Source of the DNA: an uncultured Acidimicrobiaceae bacterium
GTDB taxonomy: Bacteria; Actinomycetota; Acidimicrobiia; Acidimicrobiales; RAAP-2
NCBI GenBank assembly: GCA_963750075.1
Contig: CAVVPG010000002.1
Span: 453,272-517,271 of the forward strand
DNA length: 64,000 nucleotides
Direction: 5' to 3'
Within the stretch, counting starts at the first letter, position 1, and the number at the start of each line of letters is the position of its first letter. The position numbers and the translations under genes were made by a program. The notes below the pieces were generated by a model that was given only the letters and a program-made list of their open reading frames with translations, searched no databases and was not told the DNA's origin. Below are positions 27,233 to 35,714 of the stretch, in pieces.

Positions 27233-28516
27233 GTGACGAGCCGGGAGAACGCGTACCCCATGATGAGAGAGGTGCGGATCGAGGACCTGCGTGAACCGCG
27301 GCGCACGGCGGAAGAGCAAGCCTTCTACGAGTTCGCGCTCGGGATGGAGGTCGATCTGGCGGTCGAAGGCATCGTCGTCGATGCGCAGAGTTCAACAGGG
27401 CTGAGCGAGTTCGGAGACCCGAGCCTGTTCGACCGGCTCGCCGTGCAGGTGGGAGGCATCGAGTCCGACGTGGGGCTGTCGGGACTCGGCCGCTACATCG
27501 TTCGGGAGCGGTTGGTCGGACTGCTCAAGGCACGGTTGCGCCTCGAGGATTTCGTGTATCGCCACCCCGAAGCGCTTGAGATCGAGCTTGCGCCGCCGAT
27601 CGTCGTCGTCGGCCTGCCCCGATCGGGTACGACACACCTGGTGAATCTCTTGGCTGCCGATTCCCGGTTCCGATCCATGCCGTGGTGGGAGGTCGTCGAG
27701 CCGATCCCGATCATGGGGGATGGCCCCGGCCGAGAAGGCATCGATCCCCGTTTCGCACGCTGTCTGGACGCCTACGAGATGACGGCATCGGTCTCGCCGC
27801 TGGTGGCGCTCATGCACGATCGGCCTCCGTGGAGTATCGAGGAGGACTGCGAGCTGATGGATCTCGATCTGTGCTCCTACACGCTCGAATGGCACGCGCG
27901 GGTTCCAGCGTGGCGCGACCACTATCTCGGCCTCGACCAAGGGGTGCACTACGCCTTCTTGCGCAAGGAGCTTCAGGTGCTGAGCTACCTACGGGGCCCG
28001 AACCGCTGGGTGCTCAAGACCCCCCAGCACCTCGAGCAGCTGGGACCGCTGCTTCGGACGTTCCCCGACGCGACGATCGCGTTCACCCTGCGCGATCCGG
28101 TCGCGGTGTTGCAATCGGCGCTCACGATGCTTGCCTACGGCGACCGGGTACGGCGTGTGCAGATTGAGCCCGACGGCCTAGCCGAGTACTGGGTCGATCG
28201 GATCGAGCGCCTGCTGCGAGCGGCCGTCGCCGACGCGCATCTGATCCCCGCTGAGCGGCGGATGGACGTCGAGTTCTCCGAGTTCATGGCCGATGACCTG
28301 GCGATGGCCTCCAAGATCCTCTCGGTCGCCGACCTCGAGATCACCGAGCGGGCGAGAGCGGAGTTGACCGCGTATCTTGCCGGCAACCCACGAGGAAAGG
28401 AGGGGCGTGTGGTTTACGACTTGCGTGGGGACTTCGGCCTCGAACCCGCCGTGCTCCACGAGCGTTTCGACTTCTACTACGAGGCCTTCCCCCAGATCGC
28501 CAGGGAGGTGCACTGA
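27233..28516 (+). CDS. Sulfotransferase family protein
   Basis: PAPS 5'-phosphosulfate-binding loop VVGLPRSGTTHLVNLL. RWVLKTPQHLEQL and TLRDPVAVLQS resemble the 3'-phosphate-binding region. The start may be the internal MMREVRIEDL. Confidence 0.8.
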   Translation: MTSRENAYPMMREVRIEDLREPRRTAEEQAFYEFALGMEVDLAVEGIVVDAQSSTGLSEFGDPSLFDRLAVQVGGIESDVGLSGLGRYIVRERLVGLLKARLRLEDFVYRHPEALEIELAPPIVVVGLPRSGTTHLVNLLAADSRFRSMPWWEVVEPIPIMGDGPGREGIDPRFARCLDAYEMTASVSPLVALMHDRPPWSIEEDCELMDLDLCSYTLEWHARVPAWRDHYLGLDQGVHYAFLRKELQVLSYLRGPNRWVLKTPQHLEQLGPLLRTFPDATIAFTLRDPVAVLQSALTMLAYGDRVRRVQIEPDGLAEYWVDRIERLLRAAVADAHLIPAERRMDVEFSEFMADDLAMASKILSVADLEITERARAELTAYLAGNPRGKEGRVVYDLRGDFGLEPAVLHERFDFYYEAFPQIAREVH

Positions 28517-28518
28517 CG

Positions 28519-29763
28519 GTGCCGGGGATCCACCGCGAGCGTCCGGGAGCCGACGCGATCGCAGCAGCGAGCGGCGCACCCGCCGTTGACCTGGGAGACG
28601 GTATCTTCATGTCGCCGGGGCTCTCCAACAGCTACATGCTGCGCGACGACGACGGTCGGATCATCGTAAATACCGGCATGGGATTCGAAGGACCGCGGCA
28701 CCGGGCGGCCTTTGACGCGGTGGAAGCCAGGTCAATCCACGCGGTGGTGTTCACGCAAGGCCATTACGACCATGTTGGTGGTGTCGACTGTCTGCGCGAG
28801 GAGGGCACCGAGGTGATCGCCCACGCCAACTTTGCGACCTGGCGGGACGACAATGAGCGGCTCGAGGCCTTCCGAGTGCGCAACGCCGCGTTCGCGTGGA
28901 TCGACGCCATCGCGGCAGCCCGTTCCTACGCGGCCGACGCACCCATGGGTGTCAGCACCCAGGCCCGACCGGTTCCCACCAGGACTTTCACCGATCGACT
29001 GGACCTCCGAGTTGGTGGCCGGGAGATGGTGCTCTTGTCAACGCCCGGAGGTGAGACGACCGACGCCCTGGTCGTGTGGCTCCCCGACTCCAAGACACTG
29101 TTGAGCGGCAACCTCTTCGGCCCGCTGTTCGGTCACGTGCCCAACTTGGTGACGATGCGCGGCGACCGCTACCGCGATGCACTCACCTATGTCGCGTCTC
29201 TCGACTTGGTGCTCGACCTCGCGCCCGAACGCCTGATCACCGGTCACTTCGACCCGATCGAGGGCGCGGACCGGATCGTGGCCGAGGTCGTGGCGATGCG
29301 GGACGCGACCCAATGGGTGCACGACCGCACAGTCGAGGGAATGAACGCCGGAAGGGATGTGCACACCCTCATGAGGGAAGTCACGTTGCCCGAGCGCTTC
29401 GATCTCGGCGAGGGCTACGGAAAAACCAGCTGGAACGTGCGTGCCATCTGGGAGAATTACGCTGGCTGGTTCCACCATCGCTCTACCACCGAGCTCTACG
29501 GTGTGCCGCCGGCGGCGGTGGCGCACGACCTGGTGGCCGCCGCCGGAGCCGCGGCACTGGTCGCCGCGGCTCGGGCACACCTCAATGCCGAAGAGCCCGT
29601 GATGGCGCTGCACCTGTGCGACATCGTTCTCCACGCGCAATCCGAGGACGCAGCGGCGCGTGCCGTCGCCGCCGATGCCACCCGAGCGCTGCTGGGGGCC
29701 AGCGCGAACTTCTGGGAGCGCGCCTGGCTCCGGCAATCGCTCAAGCGCCTGGAGGGAGCATGA
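28519..29763 (+). CDS. MBL-fold hydrolase with an alkyl-sulfatase dimerisation domain (type III sulfatase-like), lacking the SCP2 tail
   Basis: Metallo-beta-lactamase core AVVFTQGHYDHVGG (QxHxDH in place of HxHxDH) and TPGGETTDALVVWLP. The C-terminal YAGWFHHRSTTELYG...ALHLCDIVLHAQSEDAAARAVAADATRALL...FWERAWLRQSLKRL resembles the SdsA1-type dimerisation domain. Confidence 0.7.
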   Translation: MPGIHRERPGADAIAAASGAPAVDLGDGIFMSPGLSNSYMLRDDDGRIIVNTGMGFEGPRHRAAFDAVEARSIHAVVFTQGHYDHVGGVDCLREEGTEVIAHANFATWRDDNERLEAFRVRNAAFAWIDAIAAARSYAADAPMGVSTQARPVPTRTFTDRLDLRVGGREMVLLSTPGGETTDALVVWLPDSKTLLSGNLFGPLFGHVPNLVTMRGDRYRDALTYVASLDLVLDLAPERLITGHFDPIEGADRIVAEVVAMRDATQWVHDRTVEGMNAGRDVHTLMREVTLPERFDLGEGYGKTSWNVRAIWENYAGWFHHRSTTELYGVPPAAVAHDLVAAAGAAALVAAARAHLNAEEPVMALHLCDIVLHAQSEDAAARAVAADATRALLGASANFWERAWLRQSLKRLEGA

Positions 29764-30509
29764 CGAACCGGACCATCTTCGATTTCACCGGCGCGGCTAT
29801 CGTGGTCACAGGCGGCACGAGCGGGATTGGCCACGCGGTGGCCGGTGCCTTCGTGGATGCTGGGGCCACTGTCACCATCACGGGGAGGCGCGCATCGCCG
29901 GAGAGCTACGAGGCCGATCTCGGCCGTTTCACGTACCGCCAGGTCGAGTTGGGCGATCCGAGCTCGGTCGACGCGCTGGTGGGCTCGCTCGGCGCGCTCG
30001 ATGTCCTGGTGAACAACGCCGGAGCCAACTTCCCCGGTGGCCGAGACGAGTGGGAACCTCAGGCCTTCGCCGCCGCCCTGACGCTGAACCTCGCCGGCCC
30101 GATGCGTCTCACGATCGGCTGTCGGGACCGCCTACGGGCCAGCACGATGGACGGCGGGGCGAGCGTGATCAACATGGCGTCGATGTCGGCCTTCCGCTCC
30201 ATGCCCATCGTCCCCGGCTACGGCTCGGCCAAGGCCGGATTGGTGACGCTCACGCAGAACTTGGCGCGCCACTGGGTTGATGACGGCATCCGAGTCAACG
30301 CGGTGGCCCCCGGAGTCATCGACACCCCGATGACCGCGCCCATGAAGCAATTCAGCGAGCTCCTCGACGTCGAGCTGGCCCATACACCCATGGGACGGCT
30401 GGGCATCCCGGTCGAGGTCGCCCCTGCGGTGCAGTTCCTGGCCAGCTCCGCCGCCGGCTTCATCACCGGCCATGTCCTCGTCGTCGACGGCGGCTACCTC
30501 CTACCGTGA
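29760..30509 (+). CDS. Short-chain dehydrogenase/reductase (SDR)
   Basis: Last 249 aa of ORF 29076..30509, from MTNRTIFDF. Contains TGGTSGIGHA, NNAG, the YGSAKAG catalytic Y-x3-K, and PGVIDTPM. ATGA overlap with the upstream stop. Confidence 0.9.
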   Translation: MTNRTIFDFTGAAIVVTGGTSGIGHAVAGAFVDAGATVTITGRRASPESYEADLGRFTYRQVELGDPSSVDALVGSLGALDVLVNNAGANFPGGRDEWEPQAFAAALTLNLAGPMRLTIGCRDRLRASTMDGGASVINMASMSAFRSMPIVPGYGSAKAGLVTLTQNLARHWVDDGIRVNAVAPGVIDTPMTAPMKQFSELLDVELAHTPMGRLGIPVEVAPAVQFLASSAAGFITGHVLVVDGGYLLP

Positions 30510-30976
30510 GCCTTCGAGCGCTGTCGCCGCACTACCACGTCGGGATCGTCGTCCCAGATCTCGCCGCCGCACAGGTTGAGCTGAGTGATCAGCTCGGTAT
30601 TACCTGGGGTGCGGTTCTTCGCCTCGATGCTGTCGAGTACCGCGACGGGTCCGGTGACGACATCACGCTGCCAACCTCGATGTGCTACTCGGTCGAGAAC
30701 CCGCACATCGAGCTCATTGAGGAGGTTCCCGGGTCCATCTGGGTGTGCAACGAGGATTCGAACCTGCATCACATCGGCTTCTGGTCCGACGATCTACCGC
30801 ACGAGAGCACCCGTCTAGCCAGCTCTGGTTGCCCCCTCCAGCTGTGTGGCCGCGCCGGCACACAGACCCCGGTCTCGTTCGCTTACCACCGGAACGACCT
30901 CGGCATCCGCATAGAGGTCGTCGACGCCGCCATGCGCGAGGCCATGGCGTTCTTGTTCCAACCCGACGAGAGCTGA
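30506..30976 (+). CDS. VOC (glyoxalase/bleomycin resistance/dioxygenase) family protein
   Basis: HYHVGIVVPDLAAA...HIELIEE...LHHIGFWSDDL pattern. GTG start overlaps the SDR stop by 4 nt. Confidence 0.7.
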   Translation: MSLRALSPHYHVGIVVPDLAAAQVELSDQLGITWGAVLRLDAVEYRDGSGDDITLPTSMCYSVENPHIELIEEVPGSIWVCNEDSNLHHIGFWSDDLPHESTRLASSGCPLQLCGRAGTQTPVSFAYHRNDLGIRIEVVDAAMREAMAFLFQPDES

Positions 30977-30988
30977 GCCAGGTTCCAG

Positions 30989-32026
30989 GTGTTGCAGGTG
31001 CGAGTCCATGGGCCGGCTGACGTTCGGGTCGACGAGGTCCCCGAACCCGACCCCGGACGGCGCGATGTCGTCGTCCGGGTGGTTGCCTGCGGCGTCTGTG
31101 GCAGCGACCTCTCCTACATCGCCATGGGTGGCCTGGCCGGGCCGGGCAGCGCCCCCATGTGCCTTGGCCACGAGATGGCGGGCGTCGTCGACTGGGTCGG
31201 ACCTGACGTGGCATCTGTGCGCGTCGGGGACCGGGTCGTCGTCAAACCCGGCGACGACGAGATCGGCCGGATCGGTAACGGAGCACCGGAAGGCGGACTC
31301 ACCCCCCTTTTGCTCGTCACGGAGGCCGACCGGGATCGGCTCCATCAGGTTCCGGCCGAACTACCTCTCGACGTGGCCGCCTTCGCAGAGCCCCTCGCCG
31401 TCGGCATGCACGCTGCTGATCAGGCCGAGGTCAGGATCGGCGAGGGTGTCGCGGTGTTCGGTTGTGGCCCGATAGGGCTTGCTGCCGTCGCTGCCCTGGT
31501 TGACCGTGGCCACGAACGGGTCGTCGCTATCGACCTCAGTCCGACCCGACGGGAACTCGCCCTCGGACTCGGCGCAGAGGCCGCGCTCGACCCGGCGACG
31601 ACGGACGTATGGGACGAACTCAAGTGCCTGCACGGGACGCGGTCCGGCATGTTCGGCACGACCACATCCACCGCGGCCTTCATCGAGGCTTCCGGGTCGC
31701 CCCGGGTCATCACCGACGTTTTGAACCGCGGCCCCGTTGGGGGTCGGCTCGCGGTCGTCGCACTCCACTACGCGCCGATCCCGACCAACTACCTCACGCT
31801 GCTGATGAAGCAGTTCACCATCCGCGGATCGATGGAGTACCCGCCCCGATTCAGTGATGCCATCGATCTGCTCGTTCGCCGCGACCTTGCTGGGCTCATC
31901 ACGCATCGCTTCCCGCTCCAGCAATTCGGTGATGCCGTCGCCGTACTTGAGGGTTCGAGGGATTGCGGCAAGGTGCTGGTAACCATGGACGCCGGGCATG
32001 AACGCACCGTCCCCATCGATCTCTGA
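30989..32026 (+). CDS. Zinc-dependent medium-chain alcohol dehydrogenase
   Basis: VVACGVCGSDLSY, CLGHEMAGVV, the GDRVVV structural zinc region and the GCGPIGLAAVA Rossmann motif. Confidence 0.85.
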   Translation: MLQVRVHGPADVRVDEVPEPDPGRRDVVVRVVACGVCGSDLSYIAMGGLAGPGSAPMCLGHEMAGVVDWVGPDVASVRVGDRVVVKPGDDEIGRIGNGAPEGGLTPLLLVTEADRDRLHQVPAELPLDVAAFAEPLAVGMHAADQAEVRIGEGVAVFGCGPIGLAAVAALVDRGHERVVAIDLSPTRRELALGLGAEAALDPATTDVWDELKCLHGTRSGMFGTTTSTAAFIEASGSPRVITDVLNRGPVGGRLAVVALHYAPIPTNYLTLLMKQFTIRGSMEYPPRFSDAIDLLVRRDLAGLITHRFPLQQFGDAVAVLEGSRDCGKVLVTMDAGHERTVPIDL

Positions 32027-32090
32027 TATCAGAACTTCCCACCGACACCGCAGGCGCAGTTTCTCCTGGAGCCAATCCAGTCTTCTCCCC

Positions 32091-32212
32091 TGCTACTACG
32101 TTGCTACTCAAGTCGGTGGACTGAAGGATCCTGCGTGCCACGAGCTGGACGCTGGACTCGATTTGAACTGGCCAAATGGACCCATCCGCATGCCGTGGAC
32201 GATCGGAACCGG
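32091..32212 (+). repeat. Element-derived arm sequence left of att core 2; homologous to 26682-26804
   Basis: Same TGCTACTacgtTGCTACT start, the same GGAC motif positions, and ctggacgatcggaacc abutting the core. Confidence 0.75.
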
Positions 32213-32254
32213 TACGGATCAGAAGGTTGGGGGTTCGAATCCCTCCGAGCGCGC
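32213..32254 (+). repeat. att core 2: exact 42-nt copy of the tRNA-Arg 3' half
   Basis: tacggatcagaaggttgggggttcgaatccctccgagcgcgc is identical to 19532-19573. Confidence 0.9.
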
Positions 32255-32319
32255 TCCGTGCGTAGGCCCAGCGTAGCGATGATAAGGCGCTGCGGTCGCG
32301 GAGCAGGGATCCGCGCCCT

Positions 32320-32339
32320 GTCCCTACATTCGTCCCTAC
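32320..32339 (+). promoter_or_regulatory. Direct repeat GTCCCTAC-attc-GTCCCTAC immediately upstream of the integrase start; candidate arm-type site or int operator
   Basis: Two exact 8-mers with a 12-nt period, 11 nt before the ATG at 32350. GTCC is the complement of the GGAC motif repeated in the left arms. Confidence 0.3.
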
Positions 32340-32349
32340 TTTTGCGCGC

Positions 32350-33539
32350 ATGGCGTGGGGGACAGGCACCATGCGCGAGCGCAGTCCTGGGGTGTGGGAG
32401 ATCCGCATCGCCGTCGGAGTCGATCCCGTCTCAGGGCGAACGGTCCAACGCTCCTTCTCCTTCCACGGCTGCGCCGAAGAGGCCGAGCTTCACCGCAAGG
32501 AACTCGCCGCCGAGTGGGCCGAGCGTCGTGCTATCCGGGGGGCCGCGCCGTTCCTGACCGTCGGCGAGCTGGTCGAGCGTTGGCTCAGTGCGCACCATGA
32601 CTGGCGGCCGGCCACGTGGATCTCGGCCCGCTCCAACGCCAAGGCCCTCCGAGCCGACGGCTTGGCCGCGCGCCGGGTCTCCACGCTCAAGCCCGAGCAC
32701 GTGCGAGCGGCCATGACGGCATGGAGTGGTGCCGGCGCCTCGGTGGCGGTCGTCTCTGGGCGCTTCCGTGTCCTGCGCTCGGCGATCGGGTGGGCGCATG
32801 TGGAGCGCATCATCGACGTCAATCCGCTCAGCGGCATGCGGGGACCCCAGCGGCCCGGCACGCGGCTGCATCTAAATGCCGAAGAAGTGCTCCGCGTGCT
32901 CGAGGCCGCCGACGCCCTGGTCGCCGCCAGTGCGGGTGCGACGCCGAGGGCTTGCACAAGGCCCAACAGATCCGCCTGCTGGCCCGCCTCGCGGCGTACT
33001 CGGGGGCGCGGCGTGGCGAATTGGTGGCGCTGCGTTTCGACGACCTCGAGGGGCGGGTGCTCACCATCGAGCGTGGCGTCTCGGCCGACGTGCTCGGGCC
33101 TACCAAGACCGGGCGCGCCCGGAGGCTCACCCTCGGCCGGCGGACGTCCGAACTGTGGCGGTCGAGCGCCGAGCTGTGGGCGGGGAGGCTACCTGACGGC
33201 GCCGCTCTCGGTCCCTGGCTCTTCTCCCCCGAGACCACGCACCACGTCCGACTCAGCGCCGGCGCCCTCGGGCACTGGTTCGCCGGGCTCGCCCGAGCCG
33301 CCGACGTCCACGGGGCCACGCTGCACCGTCTGCGTCACACAGTGGCCACCTTCCTCGTCGGGCGTGGTGAGCTGCTGCGGGCCCAGCAGCGCCTCGGCCA
33401 CCGGGACGCCTCAACCACCCTGCGCAACTACGCCCATGCCATGCCGCTCGAAGACGGGTCGGTAGCCGACGACATCGACCAGATGCTGGGGACGCCGGCT
33501 CAGAGCTCGGAGCGGGATCGTTCGACGGACACGTCGTGA
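32350..33539 (+). CDS. Tyrosine recombinase / phage-type integrase; frame interrupted near 32925-32945
   Basis: ORF 32350..33465 gives the N-terminal SAM-like part (MRERSPGVWEIRIAVGVDPVSGRTVQRSF...TVGELVERWL). ORF 32616..33539 gives the catalytic domain (AYSGARRGELVALRFDDL, HRLRHTVATFL, LGHRDASTTLRNYAH, with the R, HxxR, H and Y residues). Span is 1190 nt (3n+2). Confidence 0.85.
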
Positions 33540-33672
33540 TTCGGCAAGTCCTTCCTATGCGTTCGGAGCGGCGGCGCGACCCCTGCCACATACCGACCGC
33601 ACCATGGGGATAGTCGATTGATCGCTCCGAGCCCGGCAATCTGACACGGTCAACCCATATCAACGTCCAAGG

Positions 33673-34269
33673 TCAGCCGACCCGTCCATTCAAGAAAGTC
33701 GATTGCTCGGGACGCTCGCGAGGCCGCTCGCGGGCTTGGAGCTCTTGGACGGCGGGGACGGGATCGGCGTCGGCGAAGAACCGGTCATCGCTGTAGTCAG
33801 CGGATCGGCCGGTCGAATCGAGAACCCACCAGGAGGCTTCCAGGGCGATCCCAGTGGGATCGGTGAAGTAGACGGAACGGACGGTACCGTGATCGATGAT
33901 GTCGGTGACGTCGTAGCGGGCGTTCTTCAAACGGCTCCGTAAATCGTGGAGCGCATCCTCGTCGGGAAGATTGAGTGCAAGATGGTCGAATTGCGCTGCG
34001 CGCGGGTCGGGAACGCCGGCGGCCTTGGTAAAGGGCTCGACGGCCGAGTCGAAGTACTCGAAAAATGCGACGGTGCACTGCGGTCCGAACTCGAAGAAAT
34101 AATGACGGAACTCCGAGTTGGCGAGCGTGGCCACGAGCCGGGCTCCCAAGACGCCGTGATAGAAGCGGACCGTGGCATCCATGTCGGTGGTTATGAGTGC
34201 GAGATGATTGATCCCGCGCCAATGTGGCGTTGTGGTCTGCAGGGTCTCTGGGACGACGGCGTTAGCCAT
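33673..34269 (-). CDS. VOC family protein (glyoxalase/extradiol dioxygenase fold)
   Basis: INHLALITTDMDATVRFYHGVLG...FDHLALNLPDEDAL...SVYFTDPTGIALE pattern. Confidence 0.8.
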   Translation of the reverse strand: MANAVVPETLQTTTPHWRGINHLALITTDMDATVRFYHGVLGARLVATLANSEFRHYFFEFGPQCTVAFFEYFDSAVEPFTKAAGVPDPRAAQFDHLALNLPDEDALHDLRSRLKNARYDVTDIIDHGTVRSVYFTDPTGIALEASWWVLDSTGRSADYSDDRFFADADPVPAVQELQARERPRERPEQSTFLNGRVG

Positions 34270-34281
34270 GAGAGCGTCCTT

Positions 34282-34896
34282 TCAGTGAGGATTATCTGGC
34301 AGGCGGTCTGACCGATGACGCGTCGCGCCGTGGGGAATCGGGGCAGAACGAGCCTGCAGGGCGGCGTGCTGAAGCTTTGTGATGAATTTGAGAAGTGAGC
34401 GTTGCTCACTCGAAGAAAGGGCGGCGTCCATTACGTCACGCTCTCGAGCGTGCATCGATGGGAGCAGCTCGTCGATGATGGTCTGCGCCGCCGGGGTGAT
34501 GTTGATGAGGAGCTTGCGACGGTCCTCAGGGTGTGGCCGGCGGTTTATCAGGCCTCGCTTCTCTAGGTTGTCGAGCAATGAGGTCATCGACGCTGTTGTG
34601 ATCAGGAGTCGGTCGGCGATGACGCTCGGTTCGAGGGCTTGGCCTTCCACAATGGCGAGGACCTGACGAGCACTGGGCGAGAGCTGGTATTCGTCGAGAC
34701 TCTGACGGTTGTGCAGATCCATCAGCAGGTCGGCAGTGCGATACATGTTGGCGTAGCACTCGGTCGCCAGTGCGCTGGCGCCGGGGTACTCGTCCTCGAA
34801 GTCATCACCGACTCGGATGAGGGGTTCGGCGACCGCCCTCGTCGAGGGGCGGCGATGCTCACCACCCTTCGACGTGCCTCGTTGCGACTCCGACAC
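34282..34896 (-). CDS. MarR family transcriptional regulator
   Basis: LSPSARQVLAIVEG...IADRLLITTASMTSLLDNLEKRGLINRRPHPEDRRKLLINIT is a canonical MarR winged helix. Confidence 0.85.
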   Translation of the reverse strand: MSESQRGTSKGGEHRRPSTRAVAEPLIRVGDDFEDEYPGASALATECYANMYRTADLLMDLHNRQSLDEYQLSPSARQVLAIVEGQALEPSVIADRLLITTASMTSLLDNLEKRGLINRRPHPEDRRKLLINITPAAQTIIDELLPSMHARERDVMDAALSSSEQRSLLKFITKLQHAALQARSAPIPHGATRHRSDRLPDNPH

Positions 34897-35541
34897 TCAG
34901 TGTGCCCCCTCCAACTCGGGGATGCGCCGTGTGAGCTCCGACCAGTCGTCGCCGATGGCCGCTTCAACCAGCTGTGTGGCTCCGGCGAAGGCATCCGCGG
35001 GCATCACCATCTGCCAGATGCGGGTCATGTTCTCGCGGTCGTCGTTTCCCATCAGGGGGAACATCCAAGCGACCAACTCCGGGAACCGGTCCTCGGGGAC
35101 GGTGCTGGCCATGACACCGACAGCCTGGCCCTGGTCGGGCACCGCGACGCGTTCTTTGATGAGCCGGTACAGATGAGTGTCCTCCTTGTACAGGTGAACA
35201 TCAAGGAAGTACTTGAAGGCCTTGGTGGCGCGTGCCGTCTCCAAGGGGTCGTGCACCGATACCGCCTTGTTCAACCCGTCAAAGGCCGCGTCGAGAGCCC
35301 GGTGATCCTTCTCGTAGGCCTCGGCGACCGAGGGTGCCACGGCTTCGAGGGCCGGAAAGATCGCCAACTCTTCTCCGTGCGCGTGCCACTCGAGCACCTC
35401 ATTGAAGAATCGGAAGCGCTCGACCGTGGCGGCCAGCCCGGGCTTGCCGCGAGCGGAGTCAAGTGCCGCCGCGTCGATCAGATTCATGTCTTGTCGGAAT
35501 GCATTGTGGATCGCCACAACTGCGTCGGTCGGACCTGTCAT
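34897..35541 (-). CDS. Hemerythrin (HHE cation-binding) domain protein
   Basis: IHNAFRQDM...EWHAHGEELAIFPAL...HRALD...LYKEDTHLY give a His/Glu-rich four-helix pattern. Start chosen at ATG 35541 (MTGPTD), which has GGAGG five nt upstream, rather than ATG 35553. Confidence 0.75.
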   Translation of the reverse strand: MTGPTDAVVAIHNAFRQDMNLIDAAALDSARGKPGLAATVERFRFFNEVLEWHAHGEELAIFPALEAVAPSVAEAYEKDHRALDAAFDGLNKAVSVHDPLETARATKAFKYFLDVHLYKEDTHLYRLIKERVAVPDQGQAVGVMASTVPEDRFPELVAWMFPLMGNDDRENMTRIWQMVMPADAFAGATQLVEAAIGDDWSELTRRIPELEGAH

Positions 35542-35714
35542 GACTACCTCCATTCATTAGGATCCATGTAGCTAGGATTCAAGCTATATAAACCCTAGGG
35601 AAATGTCAAGGGGTGCGTGGGTTGCGGTCTACGAGGTTTCGCTCACAAATGGCTGAGGACGGCGGTGATCGGACCGAACTGGAGGACGTAGTGGCCGAGC
35701 AATCCTTGACCGAC

